A stretch of 64,000 nucleotides of DNA from Hemiscyllium ocellatum (GCF_020745735.1 NC_083406.1:11594001-11658000); one strand, 5' to 3'; shown: positions 26,431 through 39,660, counted from the first letter of the stretch. Numbers and translations are program-made. Notes: a model not told the origin generated them from the letters alone.

Positions 26431-26551
26431 ATAACATTCCAAAACACTTCACAGCACCATCTTGATATGCAAATTAACGGCAAGGAATTTGCAGGTCAGA
26501 AAGTAATACTGGTTAGTGGGCAAAATGAACAAGATGAATGGAACATGATAT

Positions 26552-26922
26552 GAGTTATGGAGTTGTAGAGTCATAAAGTCATACAGCACAGAAACAGATC
26601 CTTCAATCCAATTCGCGCCGAACATAATCTCAAACTAAACTAATCCTACTTGCATGCTCCTGGCCCATATCCCTCCAAACCTTTTTATTCATGTACCTAT
26701 CCAAATGTATTTTAAATGTTGTAATTATACCCACATCCACCACCTCTTCAGGAAGTTGATTCCACATGCAAACTACACGCTTGTAAAAAATTTGCACATT
26801 GTGCCTTTTTTGAAAAATGCCTCCTAGCCTTGAAATCCCCCATCCTGGAGAAAAGACAACAAGCATTAATTTTACCTATACCTCTCATTATTTTAATAAC
26901 TTCATCAGGTCACCTCTTTCAG
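26552..26922 (-). mobile_element. CR1 3' end
   Basis: Minus-strand ORF with FYKRVVCMWNQLPEEVVDVG..FKIHLDRYMN. Confidence 0.85.
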
Positions 26923-26944
26923 CATGTCACTGTAAAAATGAATT

Positions 26945-27155
26945 GGCCATAGGCCCCGAGGACCATAAGGCTGCTTTTTCATTAGTGAAAAAGACAACTC
27001 ATGGCGGTTTAACCTGAGAGTTACCATACCTCACAAGAGGGGAGAAGTTGAGAAGGAGAGTGCTTCATAGTAATCACAATCAGTACTGGAATTGAACCCA
27101 TGCTGTTGGAATTTCTCTGCATAGCAAAATAGTCATCCAACTAACTGAGTTCAGC
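26945..27155 (-). mobile_element. tRNA-derived SINE (family C)
   Basis: Minus strand has an A-box-like 'actcagttagttgg' and a B-box 'gggttcaattcc'; body shared with 4030-4150. Confidence 0.65.
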
Positions 27156-27917
27156 TTCATTAATTCTGTGTAGAATGTACATTGTCATGGAGAATGACCA
27201 AAGGGCCACTTGGAGTGTTCAGTGTTTTACTGGATCAGGAGTTGGACCTGGATAATACCTTTTGTACTTGCCTTTCATAATAATCTTTTATCTAAATAAT
27301 GGATAATAATATCTCCAAAGGGCAGAGAACAACAATTTTTAGAAAAGTTGACCGACTCTATAAAAACCACAGAAGACTTGGACACAGTTATTCCACATGA
27401 GGGGTGAGGCTCACAATCTGAACCAACCTACACCATTAAAAGGTCCTGAGGAAAATTCAAAACCATGAAAATAATGTTGGGAATTCTGGAATTGTGCCCT
27501 GGCAACCATTTTCCCCCCTCCACAGAGACTCAATACCTGAATGACAATTCAATCAACAATCTGCACTGATATTCTCGAGCCAAAACTGAGGAACAACTGC
27601 ACCATCCGACCCAACATCCTTCGAAAGAGATTGAAATTAAGGTCCTGTCTGGTTAGCGTAATAACGGTTGTGTAATACGGGCAGATGTTTAAGAAACTAA
27701 TCATGACACACAGCAAAGATGATGTAGGTGTCACAAAAGGGGGTAAGCTGACCGTGGCTAATCAAAGAATTTAAACTTAGAATCAAACTAAAAGGAATGT
27801 GGCAAAGTATGATGGTAGAATAGAGAATTGGGAAAGTTTAGAAAGTCAACAAAAAATGGTCAAACAGAGGGAGAAAATTAATTAATAAAGAGCAAATGAG
27901 CAAATAATATAAACATA

Positions 27918-28414
27918 ATAGAGTCATTGAGATGTACAGCATGGAAACAGACCCTTCTGTTCAACTCGTCCATGCCAACCAGATATCCCAACCCAATCTA
28001 GTCCCACCTGCCAGCACCCAGCCCAAATCCCTCCAAACCCTTCCTATTCATATATCCATCCAGATGCCTTTTAAATGTTGCAATTGTACCAGCCTCCACC
28101 AGTTCCTCTGGCAGCTCATCCCATACACGTACCACCCGCTGTGTGAAAAAGTTGCCCCTTAGGTCTCTTTTATATCTTTCCCCTATCACCCTAAACTTAT
28201 GCCCTCTAGTTCTGGACTCCCCGACCCCAGAGAAAAGACTTTGCTTGTTTATCCTGTCCAGGCCCCTCATGATTTTATAAACCTCGATAAGGTCACCCCT
28301 CAGCCTCCGACGGTCCAGGGAAAAACAGCCCCAGCCTATTCAACCTCTCCCAATAGCTCAAATCCTCCAACCTGGGCAACATCCTTGTAAATCTTTTCTG
28401 AACCCTTTCAAGTT
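27918..28414 (-). mobile_element. Young CR1 3' end nested in the older CR1
   Basis: ORF 27998-28270 RTRGHKFRV..LRGNFFTQRVVRVWDELPEE; same family as 20679-22230. Confidence 0.92.
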
Positions 28415-28782
28415 ATTGCAAAAGCTTCTGTGAATATATGAAAGGAAAGAGTAAGGCCAAAGTGAACCTGGACCCTTTTCAGAATGAGCTTGGGGAGACA
28501 GTAATGAGGAACCAGGAGATTGCAGAGGAGGGAAATGATTACCCTGTGCCAGTCTTCATGGTAGCGTTTGCTAATAGCATTCCAAATATATTAACAGATA
28601 AAGGGGCTAAAGGAGGAAATAAACACAGAAAAAGAACAGCTAAAGGCTGATAAGTTTCATAAACCTGGTGAGTTCATCCGAGAATTTTAAAAGAGGTGAA
28701 GGTACACGAATATTGGATGCACTGGTAGTAATTTAATTCAAGAATCTTTAGATTCAGGAAAAGTTCCAGAGGATTAGAAAAT

Positions 28783-28982
28783 CGGAGAAAGTGAGGTCTG
28801 CAGATGCTGGAGTATCAGAGCTGAAAATGTGTTGCTGGAAAAGCGCAGCAGGTCAGGCAGCATCCAAGGAACAGGAAATTCGACGTTTCGGGCATAAGCC
28901 TTCCTGATGAAGGGCTTATGCCCAAAACGTTGAATTTCCTGTTCCTTGGATGCTGCCTGACCTGCTGCGCTTTTCCAGCAAC
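28783..28982. mobile_element. PLE family 1 fold-back insertion (tailed arm on the left)
   Basis: Inverted arms; 13-bp TSD aggattagaaaat (28770-28782) / aggaatagaaaat (28983-28995). Confidence 0.9.
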
Positions 28983-31555
28983 AGGAATAGAAAATACCCT
29001 TATTCAAAAAGGGAACGAGATAAAACTTAAGGAACTATAAGCTGGTTGGTTTAAAGTCTGTCATTGGGAAAATGTTAGAGTCTATATAAGGGATATAATA
29101 GCAAAGCATTTGGAAATACAAAATATAATCAAGCAGAATCAACATGACTTTATGAAGGAGAAATCAAGTCTAACAAACTTATTACAAGTAAAGTTGATGT
29201 TATATATTTGGATTTCCAAAAGGCATTTGATGAGTTTTAACATAGAAGGTTATTTCCTAAGATATTGGAGGTAGCATTTTAGCACGGATCGATGATTGGT
29301 GAAGTCATAGAAGATGGAGGGTGGGGGGTAGTGTGGTGCTGGATAAAGAGGACATTGTCAGGATGACAGCCTTACTAGTGGAGCAGCACAGGGAATAGTG
29401 CTGGGATCACTTACATTATGTGCCACAGCAAGGTTGTGGATATCCCAAAGATAGATTGGAATGTAATTGTCGAGAATGACACAGTCTGCAGAGAGATATA
29501 AATCAGTTCAGTGAATTGACAAAAATTTGGCAGATGGAATAAAATGTGAGATTATACCAGGTTATCTGCTTTTACGTGAATAATAGAAACATTGAATATT
29601 TATTAAATGGAGAAAGACTGTAGAAAGCTGAAACACAGAGGGATTTGTGAGTCCAGTTCATTAATCAAAAACTTCATATAATGGGGAAATAAATGTGTTG
29701 TTGTCCTTCATTTAAACAGGAATGGATTATAAATTTAGTAACGTCTTTCCAGGACTGTCTAAGGCACTTGACAAACCACAACTGGAATATTGTGTACGGT
29801 TTTAGATATCTTATCTAAAGGAAAGATATATTGTCATTGGAAACAGTCCAGAGAAGGTTAACATAGTTGATTCTGGGAATGGAGAGATTTTCTTATGAGG
29901 AGAGACGGAGTAGATTGAACATGTACTCTTTGGAGGTTAAATAAATGGGAGAAGACCTTATTGAAACATATAAGATACTTGGACACCTTGACAGAATAGA
30001 TGTGAAGGTCTTTCCCCTTCTGCAAGAGTCTAGGACCAAAAACCATAACATCAGAGTGAAGAGGTTACTCATTTAAGAAAGGGACAATGAGAAATTCTTA
30101 TCTCCCGAAGAGTATTCTATTTGTGGAATTATTTACCAGAGAGAGCTGTCAAGGTTGGATCATAAACTATATTGAAGGTTTAGATTGACAGATTTTTATA
30201 TCAGAAATAGAATCAAGCTTCATGAGGATAAAGTAGGAAGGTGGAGTTGAGGAATGTCAGATCTGCCATGAACCTATTAAATGGTGGAGCAAACTCAATG
30301 GGCCAAATGGCCTACTTCAACACTTATATTTTATGGTCTCAACATAAAAGTTTTTGAGATAAGTGGAGGAGTTCTGCAAATCACTGTGAAAAGTCACACT
30401 ATCTTGTCATTATCAATATTATATTCCTATGTGTGAGGCAACTGTTTCTGCATCTCGACTACACCTCCATTGTACTTCACGAGACATAAAAGATTTTGGG
30501 ATATCCTCCATCTTCTCACCTTCATATGAAAGCCAGTTTTTTCTTCATGGAATGGGCACATATTTATTTCAAATTACCCCATTCAGAAAATCTGTGAATA
30601 CTGAAAATATGCAATTGGAAAAGGAAATGTGGTTAATATTTCATGAACAGACAAATCAGTTATTGTGCATCGTTAATTGGTTAGAATTACACAGTTTAAG
30701 CATATTTAAAGGAATGTGTATATGTTTAAGTAATTGTAGAATGAAAAGTTATTCCTATCAGGTCCTACAGACGTGCACTGACCTCAGTCTCCAAATTCCC
30801 CTTGTGTGAAAGTATGGTTTTCTACTGAATAGTGTAAATTCCTGATACCTCGTCACAGCAAAAATTTTAATTTCATTCACCATTTCCTCCAATATAATAA
30901 AGGAGTAAATTTATTTCATGGCAATTGCAGCCAATTACTTACTTTCATAGCAAAGTGAATGCTGCATCTTGAGCACTGGCAATTTTACCAGGTTCGATAT
31001 TATAAAATGTACTGTGACATAACATTGTTTAACAGGCTGTTGAAGAATCCATAATGGTCAGAACATTCTACAAGACTCATTGACCTCCAAACCAGAATTT
31101 CCAATATGGCCTCCCAATGGGGAAAGTACAGACCAGAGTGCAAATTCATAAAATTACTCCTCAAAACTATTAAATTAACAACTATCAAGTGAACTCACAG
31201 ATTAAAAGAAGGTTCTCTCCCTGGAGCAGTGACTTAGTGGAATAGAATCCCTGTGAAAACAGAAAGTGCTCTGTCAATTAAGTGTCATAGGTAAAAGTTG
31301 GATGTAAGTATACATATAGCTTATCAGAAACAGGTTATAATTGTATAAACAGACAGAAAGTATTGAGGGACTCATAGATGGCTTCAGCTCTTGTTCAGCC
31401 AAAATAGAAGTCCCTAGATGTTGAGAATCTGTTTTTGGAGTTTCTCCCCCACCCTCTTATAATTTGGAGAAACTCAGATTAATTTTGGAGAGTACAAATC
31501 ACAATTAAGTTCTGGCAATTAAACAGCTGCCATACTTGTTGCTATGGTTGGAGAA

Positions 31556-31801
31556 GAAAGCTGAAAATGTGTTGCTGGAAAAGCGCAGCAGGTCAGGCAG
31601 CACCCAAGGATCAGGAAATTCGACGTTTCGGGCATAAGCCCTTCTTCAGGAATGTTCAGACTATGACAAGTATCCTGAAGAAGGGCTTATGCCCGAAACG
31701 TTGAATTTCCTGCTCCTTGGATGCTGCCTGACCTGCTGCACTTTTCCAGCAACACATTTTCAGCTCTGATCTCCAGCATCTGCAGACCTCACTTTATCCT
31801 C
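31556..31801. mobile_element. PLE family 1 fold-back insertion with a locally templated spacer
   Basis: Inverted arms meet at their hammerheads; perfect 16-bp TSD tgctatggttggagaa (31540-31555, 31802-31817). Confidence 0.92.
31618..31653 (-). ncRNA. Minimal type I hammerhead ribozyme, intact core (CUGAAGA variant)
   Basis: Minus strand reads ATTC CTGAAGA A GGGC TTAT GCCC GAA ACGT C GAAT. Confidence 0.82.
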
Positions 31802-33049
31802 TGCTATGGTTGGAGAATACAATTCCATTTCATCTTGACATGAAAAGCCTAGGAAGGCATTGACAAGGAATCTATTTCAGTGGCTTTTTGTGACAAATGA
31901 GGCAATTCTTAAAATTGTGATCGGGACTGATCAAGGGGCATAGTTTTAAAAACAGAATCCCCAGTGCTCTTCTATATTCAGAGTAATCTTGGTTTTGGCT
32001 ACAAAGTTCTATAAAAGTAGATTTTAAACACAATCAAAGTCTGCAGTTGTAAAGGCAGAAGGCAATGTTACAAATGCATTGCTTTTACATACCAAAAATG
32101 TTTTAGAAAATGCTTCCATAATACACTCTGATGAAACGTTATGATTCTAAACATGTAAAGAAAGTTTAATACATTGGCCAGTTCATACCACCTCATCCAG
32201 CGCTTGACAATTTGGGATATCATGGCTTGAAACATAATAGTTTAGAATCAAATCTGGATTCTGGTCCTGACAGCTGTCATTCTGACAAGGAACAGCAGAC
32301 TATGACAAGTATCAGCAAAAATAGACCATTCAGCCCGTTGAGTTTGCTTTATCATTCAGTGAGATCATGGCTCATTTGACAGTCCTGTGATGATGCTGCT
32401 CCTTTAACAAGGTGAAATTTTTCTTGTTTTTTTTTCAGAGCAGTCATGAAGACACACCTTCCAGCGTGTCTAGGTTTGAAGGGTTTTACGGCCAATTTGA
32501 CGATAGCTAACAGATACTGCCTCAGACAAATGGTGTCCTAGTTGAAAAAAACACCAAACCTTAAACAGATTGTTGTTCTCAGCAAACTGCCCAGCCTTCA
32601 GAATAACATTGACCACAACACTGTACAACCCTGTCACAGCAGATGCTGCAAGACGTGTCAGAGAGTGTCAACACGGATACCACGATTACACGTGGGAACA
32701 TCACCCACAATGTACGTGGGAGGTACACATGTGACTCAGCCAACATTGTCTATCTCACATGCTGCAGGCAAGGATGCCCTGCGGCATGGTACATTGGTGG
32801 GACCGAGCAGACACTACGGCAATGGATGAATGGACACCGCACAACAATCACCAGGGGAACACTTCGGCAGTCCGGGACATTCAGCCTCGGACCTTCGGGT
32901 GACCATCCTCCAAGGCAAACTTTCAGACAAGCAACAACGCAGAGTGGCCAAGCAGAGGCTAAGGGTCAAGCTTGGTACCCATAGGGATGGCCTCAACCAG
33001 GACCTTGGATTCATGCCACACTACAGGTGACCTCACTATGCTTTTCATT

Positions 33050-33345
33050 CTCTCTCTCTTGCTCTCTCTGTCTCTCTCTCTCTGTCTCTCTCTCACACAC
33101 ACACTTTTACATACTCACACTCACGCAGACCATCTCTCATACACAAGCTCTCTCTCATATGCACAGTCATACACCCACACACTCACACCCACGCACAGGT
33201 TTATACTCTTATCACACTCACACACACACTTTACCAAGCTTGCATACACACAAATGCACACCCTCTCACATGCACTCATACTCACACGCGCACACTCACA
33301 TGCACACACTCACTCTGTCTCTCTTTCCTTCAGGTGCACATACAT
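33050..33345 (+). repeat. Compound (CT)n/(CA)n microsatellite within the PLE 3' UTR
   Basis: Directly visible. Confidence 0.9.
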
Positions 33346-33678
33346 ATAAGTTGATGGGGTGAAATTTGCAGAATTATATTTGCAGATACATTCTATTTTG
33401 CTCATCAAATCTGAACCTGCGGGCAGTCAATCCATGTAACATTTTGTAATTCCACTTTGGAAATGGAACCAGTCTGACTAATGATTGGGATACAGACAGA
33501 CTTTAACTTCATACCTTTAAGGCATTGTCTGAGTTGAGATGTCACCATTTGTTATAAAGGCTTAAGTTACCTTGAGAATGTGACATAAAAGAAGTTCTGG
33601 GATTTACATATTAAAAAGCTGAAACCAGCAAACCCATTCTAAAACATGAAAGTCTCAACAATCTATTAGGTTTTTGAC

Positions 33679-33947
33679 TAGATTACTTACAGTGTGGAAT
33701 CAGGCCCTTTGGCCCAACAAGTCCACACCAACCGTCTGAAGAGCAACCCACGCAGACCCATACCCCTATACCTGACACTGCAGGCAATTTAGCACAGCCA
33801 ATTCACCTGACCTGCACATCTTTGGACTGTGGGAGGAAACTGGAGCAAACCCACACAGACACGGGGAGAACATGTAAACTTCACACAGACAGTTGCTGAG
33901 GCAGGAATTGAAGCAGCAGTGCTAACTACTGTGCCACCATGCTGCCC
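33679..33947 (-). mobile_element. HE1-type V-SINE nested in the PLE
   Basis: Minus strand starts gggcagcatggtggcacagtagttagcactgctgc; V-domain 'ttctccccgtgtctgtgtgggttt'; CR1-derived tail. Confidence 0.9.
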
Positions 33948-36900
33948 AGCGTTGAATATATCATTTCAGTTGCATGACACTGTAATCGTTTGCTATAAAT
34001 TCTATGCCTTATGGGCCTGCTTCACAAACACCTGATGAAGAAGCAGCGCTTCGGAAGCAACTGCTTCCAAATAAACCTGTTGGACTATAACCTAATGTTG
34101 CATGATTTTTAACTTAGTTGAAAAAAGAATCACATGTACAATGAAAGGGGAGTGGTCAGTTCTCCCAGCTCAGGTTTGAGTTTGTCTATCTCAGCCTGGA
34201 ATATCTTTAATGACCCAGTCTCAACAGCCCTCTGTGGGAAAGAATACCACAGATTCATTATCGTCTTAAAGAAGATTCATTATCTGCCTTAAATGTACAA
34301 CCCTATATTCTGAAATCATGCCCTCTGGTCTTAGATTTGCCCACAATGGGGACTGTCCTTTCAATATCTACCTTGTCAAGTCCCTTAAGAATCTTGCATG
34401 TTTCAATAAGGATACCTCTCATTTTTCTAATCTACTCAATCATTCATGAAATAATCCCTTCATATCTGGTATAAACTTAGTGAACATTCCTGGACTATAT
34501 CCAATGCCAGTAACTCATTCCTTAGTTAAGTCATCCAAAACTGTTCACAGTTTCCAACTGAGATCTGACAAGTGCCTTATATAGTTTTAGCAAGACCTTC
34601 TTATGTTTACACTACATTCCCTTTGAAATAAAGACCAACTGTCCACTTTCTTTCCCTATTACATGCTAAAGTTAAATGATATCTTTTCATGCTTCATGCA
34701 CAAGTCCTCACAAATCATCCCTTCTGCGGTTTTCTGCAGTCTTTCTCCATTTCAATAATATTTAGCTCTTCTTATGTTCTATCAAAGCGCATACTCTCAC
34801 ATTTCACCACATTGTGTTCCACCAAGCAGGTTTATGTCCTCTTAATATATCCCCGTGCAGAATCTTTGTGTCATCCTTATCAATTACTTTCTTACCTATC
34901 TTTGTGTCATCTACAAGCTTGGCTACAGTATATTAATTTTCTTCAGTCGTCCTAGCATTGGTCCCTTTAGCACACCACAAGTTACAAACTGCCTTCCAAA
35001 AAAAACTCCTTATCCCAACTCTTCCCTTCTATTAGTTATCCTTTCCAGTCACCTCAGTCTCCGACCCAATTGCTCTCTGCTTGGTTGCCACCCCAGCCAA
35101 AACCCTTTAAAGGACTTAGTTGAAGACTGTTGTTTGTAACACAGAAGTCCAATTTTCAAGTTATTTGCCTTCATTGCTCCTTGAGTGAATTGCTGTGCTG
35201 AAATTAGTTGTGACATTATGACAGTAACTATGTTTTAAAATGTGTTTAACTATATATGAAACACTTTGAGTTATCACAAGGATGTGAAACAATGCTACAT
35301 AAATGAAAATGATTCTCAAGTTATACACACCTACATTTATTGCATAAGACACATCAATGGAAAGAATAAGTATTAAGCATGCAGTTTTTTTTAAAATAAA
35401 CCATAATGAAGTTAGACAGCTCTTGTGTACTTTTGTAATGAAAGCAAATATCAAATAGGCAAAGGAAACTCACATAACTGTATCAGAAGAATATTAATCA
35501 TTTAGCCTGATTCAGATTATTCAATTAATTCTTATCTACGTCAGGAATAAAGGAAATATTTAACACACAAAAGGTTACAACATGATTTTGTTTTTGGATA
35601 TCTCCTCTTCGCATTGAAAGTATGAAAAGCTTTTGAATAAAAGCCCTTTTCATCATCGCAGTCCTGTAAAATAAAAATTACTATTGTCACTGATTCACCA
35701 CTGTGATTACTCCTCCGTGTTAGAAGCTAATGTTATTATAGCTTAATTCCAGAAGGCATACACAGTTGCTGCTCGAGAGAGAGCCAAGAATTGACAATAA
35801 TATGCTTCCAATAGATTAGGCAGAAAATTAGCCCTATCCAACAGATGTGACCTGTTTATTGAACCTTAATGACCTTGTAAAATGTTTGAAATTAAAAATA
35901 ATGAATGAAAAGGAATGAGGAAAAGCAGATAAACTGTTTCTGTTCATAAAACACACAAATTACTATTTGCATCATGTTAGATCCTAGAATGAAATTTCTC
36001 TTTGATGAATTAATACCTCCAGAGCTTTATGCAATTGCTATCCAAAACTTGTGCAGGATCAGGTCTAGTTTAGCATATATCAGCACAGGTTGAGCAATCA
36101 AGCAAGTTGCAAGAGACTGAAGTGACTGAGTGATGCAATTAATGCATTTTATACAGAGAGGTATCTGTCAATCACATAGAGCAGTTGACTGCAGGATGCA
36201 ATGTTGACTTGCTAGATTATAACTGAGGAAACTTTCATTTCAAATTATTTCACATCTTTGCATTGTATATTTACCAACATGCTATTATCATTTTGTTACC
36301 TGTAAACAACTTATAAGAATAAATATAATGACTGCAAAGTGTAAGAATTAGCTTTGCTTAACTGAAAACATTGACATGCAGTGTTTCCTTTTGTACATTT
36401 TAGAATTATAAAATTCTACAAATCAAAAGGACACAATTAATTCATCTTGAGTGTGCCCAATTTTATATGAACTTCCAATTAGTCCTACTCAACTGTTCTC
36501 AATAGATTTAGTGTTATTTTCATTTTCATTTATAAATCTACTGTCAACTTACCTGAATAATTTTCTCTTGAGTTGTTAAATGGTATACATTTATTCACTG
36601 AATGTCTTTTATGATAGGATTTCATAATGAAAAATAATTGTAAGGGCTTTTAAAGAACAATAGATTTTCTTTTGGAAATATGAGGTTGTTTTAACCCAAA
36701 AGGACAGGTGTATTTTGTTGCAATGGGAGAAAAGTTTATGTGTTAAGTATTTGAAACTACCTGATTCATCTCTAAGCTATTTATTTCCGGTTTCAGTAGG
36801 GCTGGGGCAATCCACATGCTGCAAAGAAACAGATTGGTACTTCATAATTGCAACAAGGCCGTGTCTCACCTTTTAGTTTGTAGAGAAACCGTCAAGCTGG

Positions 36901-37289
36901 CTTGCCTTTTACATCAGTTTCAATTGCAGAATCCAGATGTCCAATGTTTATTTTGCCAATTCTGCAATCGAAGCTGAGATATTGACCATCAGACTCTGCC
37001 TCAGACTGCAATTCTTTCCATGAAGTGAGCCACCACTTCCAAACTGGACAGAATGGGCTCAACACTCTGTGTAAAGATCTGTGCCCAACTGAAGATCCAC
37101 CACATCTGTGCTCCCTGACATTGACTGCAGGCTTTGTGGCAGTTTTGCCATACACTATGCATTTCACTGTGCATGCCCGTCAATGCTTTTCTTTTGACCA
37201 CTAATTGAAATTGAGTCCTCTACAGCAGACCTCTTAGATGACCTCAAACCTGGTGAGTGAGTATCTGTAATGCTTATCCTGTAGCCTGA

Positions 37290-37805
37290 CTTCAGACTAC
37301 TTTTGGAGTACTATGTGCAGTTCTGGACACCCTGCTATAGGAAGGGTATTATTAAATTGGAGATTTACCAGGACATTACCAGGACTGGAGGGTTTGAATT
37401 ATAAGGAGAGGCTGGAACATTTTTTCACTTGAGTGTTGGAGGTTGAGGGGTGACCTTATCAAGGTTTATAAAATCATGAGGAACACAGTTAAGGTGAATC
37501 ATCAAGGTTGGTTTTCCTGGGTAGAGGACTTCAAAATTGGAGGGCATATTTTGAAGATGAGGGCAGAAAGATTTAAAGAGGTTCCAAAGGGCAACATTTT
37601 CATACAGGGGACAGTTTGTACGTGGAATGAACTGCCAGAAGTGGTAGATGCAGGTACAGTTACATTTAAAAGTCATTCTCGGGCAGGTCCATAAATAGGA
37701 AAGGTTTAGAGAGATATGGGTCAAATGCAGGCATATGGGGTGACTTTAGTTAGGGAAACATGGTCGCATGGATGAGTTGGACCAAAAGGTCTGTTTCCGT
37801 GGTGT
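37290..37805 (+). mobile_element. CR1 3' fragment
   Basis: LEYYVQFWTPCYRK; RGDLIKVYKIMR; WNELPEVVDAG. Confidence 0.9.
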
Positions 37806-37982
37806 CTTACCACGTGCAACTCAGATCTCCCAGATAAGATAACCTTTCATAATCTGCGGTGTTAATATGTATGCTGGGGGCCAAGTATGAATGTGAGTGA
37901 TAGTGTTCCTTCTTCCTCCTGGCTTTCCAGCTCTACCGCTTCTTTCATTTCCATTCTTCCTAGCTTGGTTGCAGTTCTAGAA

Positions 37983-38114
37983 TCAGTTCCTGATGAAGAG
38001 CTTATGCCCACAATGTCAATTCTCCTGCTCCTCGGATGCTGCCTGACCAGCTGTGCTTTTCCAGCACCACACTCTCGACTCTGATCTCCAGCAGCTACAG
38101 TGCTTACTTTCTCC
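37983..38114 (+). mobile_element. PLE family 1 short single-arm insertion (decayed hammerhead + tail)
   Basis: 14-bp TSD ttgcagttctagaa (37969-37982) / ttgcagttccagaa (38115-38128). Confidence 0.85.
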
Positions 38115-38619
38115 TTGCAGTTCCAGAAGGTCAGGAAATGGCACAAAGATAGGCCTGTGGTGAGGAGTGGGGTGGAGCTAAAGGACAGGATACACATGTT
38201 ACATCTTTTGCAGTTTGTGAGTGATTGTGGGATGAATGGCTATTTGAATGTGAGGTGAAGGATTTGTTGTGATGGTGTTATGATCTCTAGAAGTTTCAAC
38301 CTTTCTGCTAGACATTACCTCAGTAAAGGTCATTCCAATGATGGTAAGCACTATTGTCTCAACATGGTTTTGTAGCTATCATGGTTGAACAGGAGGTGAT
38401 ATCTGTGAAATGTGAGATGCATGATTGAAATTCACAGCGATGTTGAGTCTGAGACGGTTAGGCAAACCTATGAATACTAGATATGATTCATGCTTGATAG
38501 AGATTGTTAATAAGTTAGTGAAGGATGTGTTGACCAGTGTGTGAGGATTGTGGTGTTATTGGTAGGGTTTGAATTTGGAATTGACCACTTGACTATACAT
38601 CAAACTTATCGGCAGAAAG

Positions 38620-39440
38620 TGGATAAATGGCCCTTCAAACTTCCTCTCCTATTCAATAAGATCATAGCTGATCTTTTTGCGTTCTGAATTCTACATTCTC
38701 ACTGAGCCTTAATAATTTTGATTCCCTTTCCCAACAAGGATCTATCTACCTCAAATATAGTCAATGACTCTATCTCACTCATAGGATATCTACAGTGAAG
38801 AAGCAGGCCATTCAGCCCATCAAATTCACACGAACCCTCCAAAGGGCATCCCAACCAAGCTAACCCCAACCCTATAACCCACATTTCTCATGGTTAATCC
38901 ACCTAACCTGCATAGCACTGAACATAGTAGTAATTTAGCATGGACAATCCACCTAGCTTGCACATTTTTGTACTGTGGGAATGAAAGTCACACAGACATG
39001 GGGAGAATGTGCAAATTCCATGCAGACAGTTGCCAGAGGCTGGATTTGATCCTGGATACCAGGTGTTTTGAGATAGCAGTGTTGACCATCTGAGCCACCA
39101 TGCCACCTCCTTTGAGGCAGAGTTCCAAAGTCTCACAACTCTCTGAAAGAAAAAAATCCACTTTGGCAATATCTTAAAAGGACAACCTTTAATTTAATAA
39201 TTGTGACCTTGAGTTCTGGACTCATGGACAAGACTATGTATCCTTTCACATTCATCTCATCAAGATCATTCAGGATCTTATAAACAGCAATCAATTCACC
39301 ACTTACATTTCTAGACTCTAACGAAAATAAACCCAGCATCTCCAATGCATCCCTATTAAGACAAGCCACTCAGTCTAGATATCAATCTTGTAAACCTCCT
39401 TTGAACAAGCTCAAAACCATTCACACCCTTCCCTGAGCAC
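38620..39440 (-). mobile_element. Old CR1 3' end interrupted by an HE1 SINE
   Basis: Minus-strand LGLFSLESRNVSGELIAVYKILN and FFFQRVVRLWNS. Confidence 0.75.
38780..39108 (-). mobile_element. HE1-type V-SINE, older copy
   Basis: Minus strand 'ggtggcatggtggctcagatggtcaacactgct...tgcacattctccccatgtctgtgtg'. Confidence 0.8.
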
Positions 39441-39564
39441 AGACCACTGCATTGTCCTGCTGACTTTGAATTTATCTCTTCTGATTGTATGGAACATAGA
39501 AGCATCAACTTGTATTGACCCTTGGACATTAGGCCTCAAAAATACAAGAGGTAGGAATGGGTGT

Positions 39565-39660
39565 GGATAAAGAGTAGAGCTGGACAAAGCACAATAGGTC
39601 AAACAACATTGGAAGAGCAGAGAAGTTGACGTTTCAGGTCGGAATCTTTCATCAAGACAA
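39565..39660 (-). mobile_element. Decayed PLE 3' end with hammerhead remnant
   Basis: Minus strand 'ttgatgaaagattccgacctgaaacgtcaac...tgacctattgtgctttgtccagc'. Confidence 0.6.

Larger units (their letters stand above)
27730..30340 (+). mobile_element. Older CR1 LINE hosting two nested insertions
   Basis: KVPED*K, GNYKLVGLKSVIGKMLES, VDVIYLDFQKAFD, LETVQRRLT motifs; CR1 3' UTR at ~30240-30340. Confidence 0.85.
32551..34114 (+). mobile_element. PLE family 2, 5'-truncated (GIY-YIG, microsatellite 3' UTR, hammerhead)
   Basis: PNLKQIVV..PCHSRCCKTC; RYTCDSANIVYLTCCRQGCPAAWYIGGTEQTLRQWMNGHR; LGTHRDGLNQDLGFM; mutated hammerhead at ~34029; 12-bp TSD tagttgaaaaaa (32539-32550, 34115-34126). Confidence 0.9.
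32386..34185 (+). mobile_element. LTR-like fragment split by a PLE
   Basis: Begins 'tgtgatgatgctgctcctttaacaagg' abruptly within the CR1; continues across the PLE TSD; no clear CA end. Confidence 0.35.
32315..35030 (-). mobile_element. Old CR1 3' part split by nested insertions (pieces ~32315-32385 and ~34185-35030)
   Basis: 'gaccattcagcccgttgag...gagatcatggct' resumes as 'gtctatctcagcc...ccctctgtgggaaagaataccacagattc'. Confidence 0.7.

Noticed and set aside
32972-33362. His/Thr/Leu/Ser-rich ORFs
   Set aside because: Translations of the (CT)n/(CA)n microsatellite
36892-37255. 91-aa minus-strand ORF and a + strand gtgagt donor as a host exon
   Set aside because: No recognisable domain; more likely a very old LINE remnant or chance
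37880-38600. Ancient minus-strand PLE body (CKRCNMC motif)
   Set aside because: Too decayed to support beyond one Cys motif
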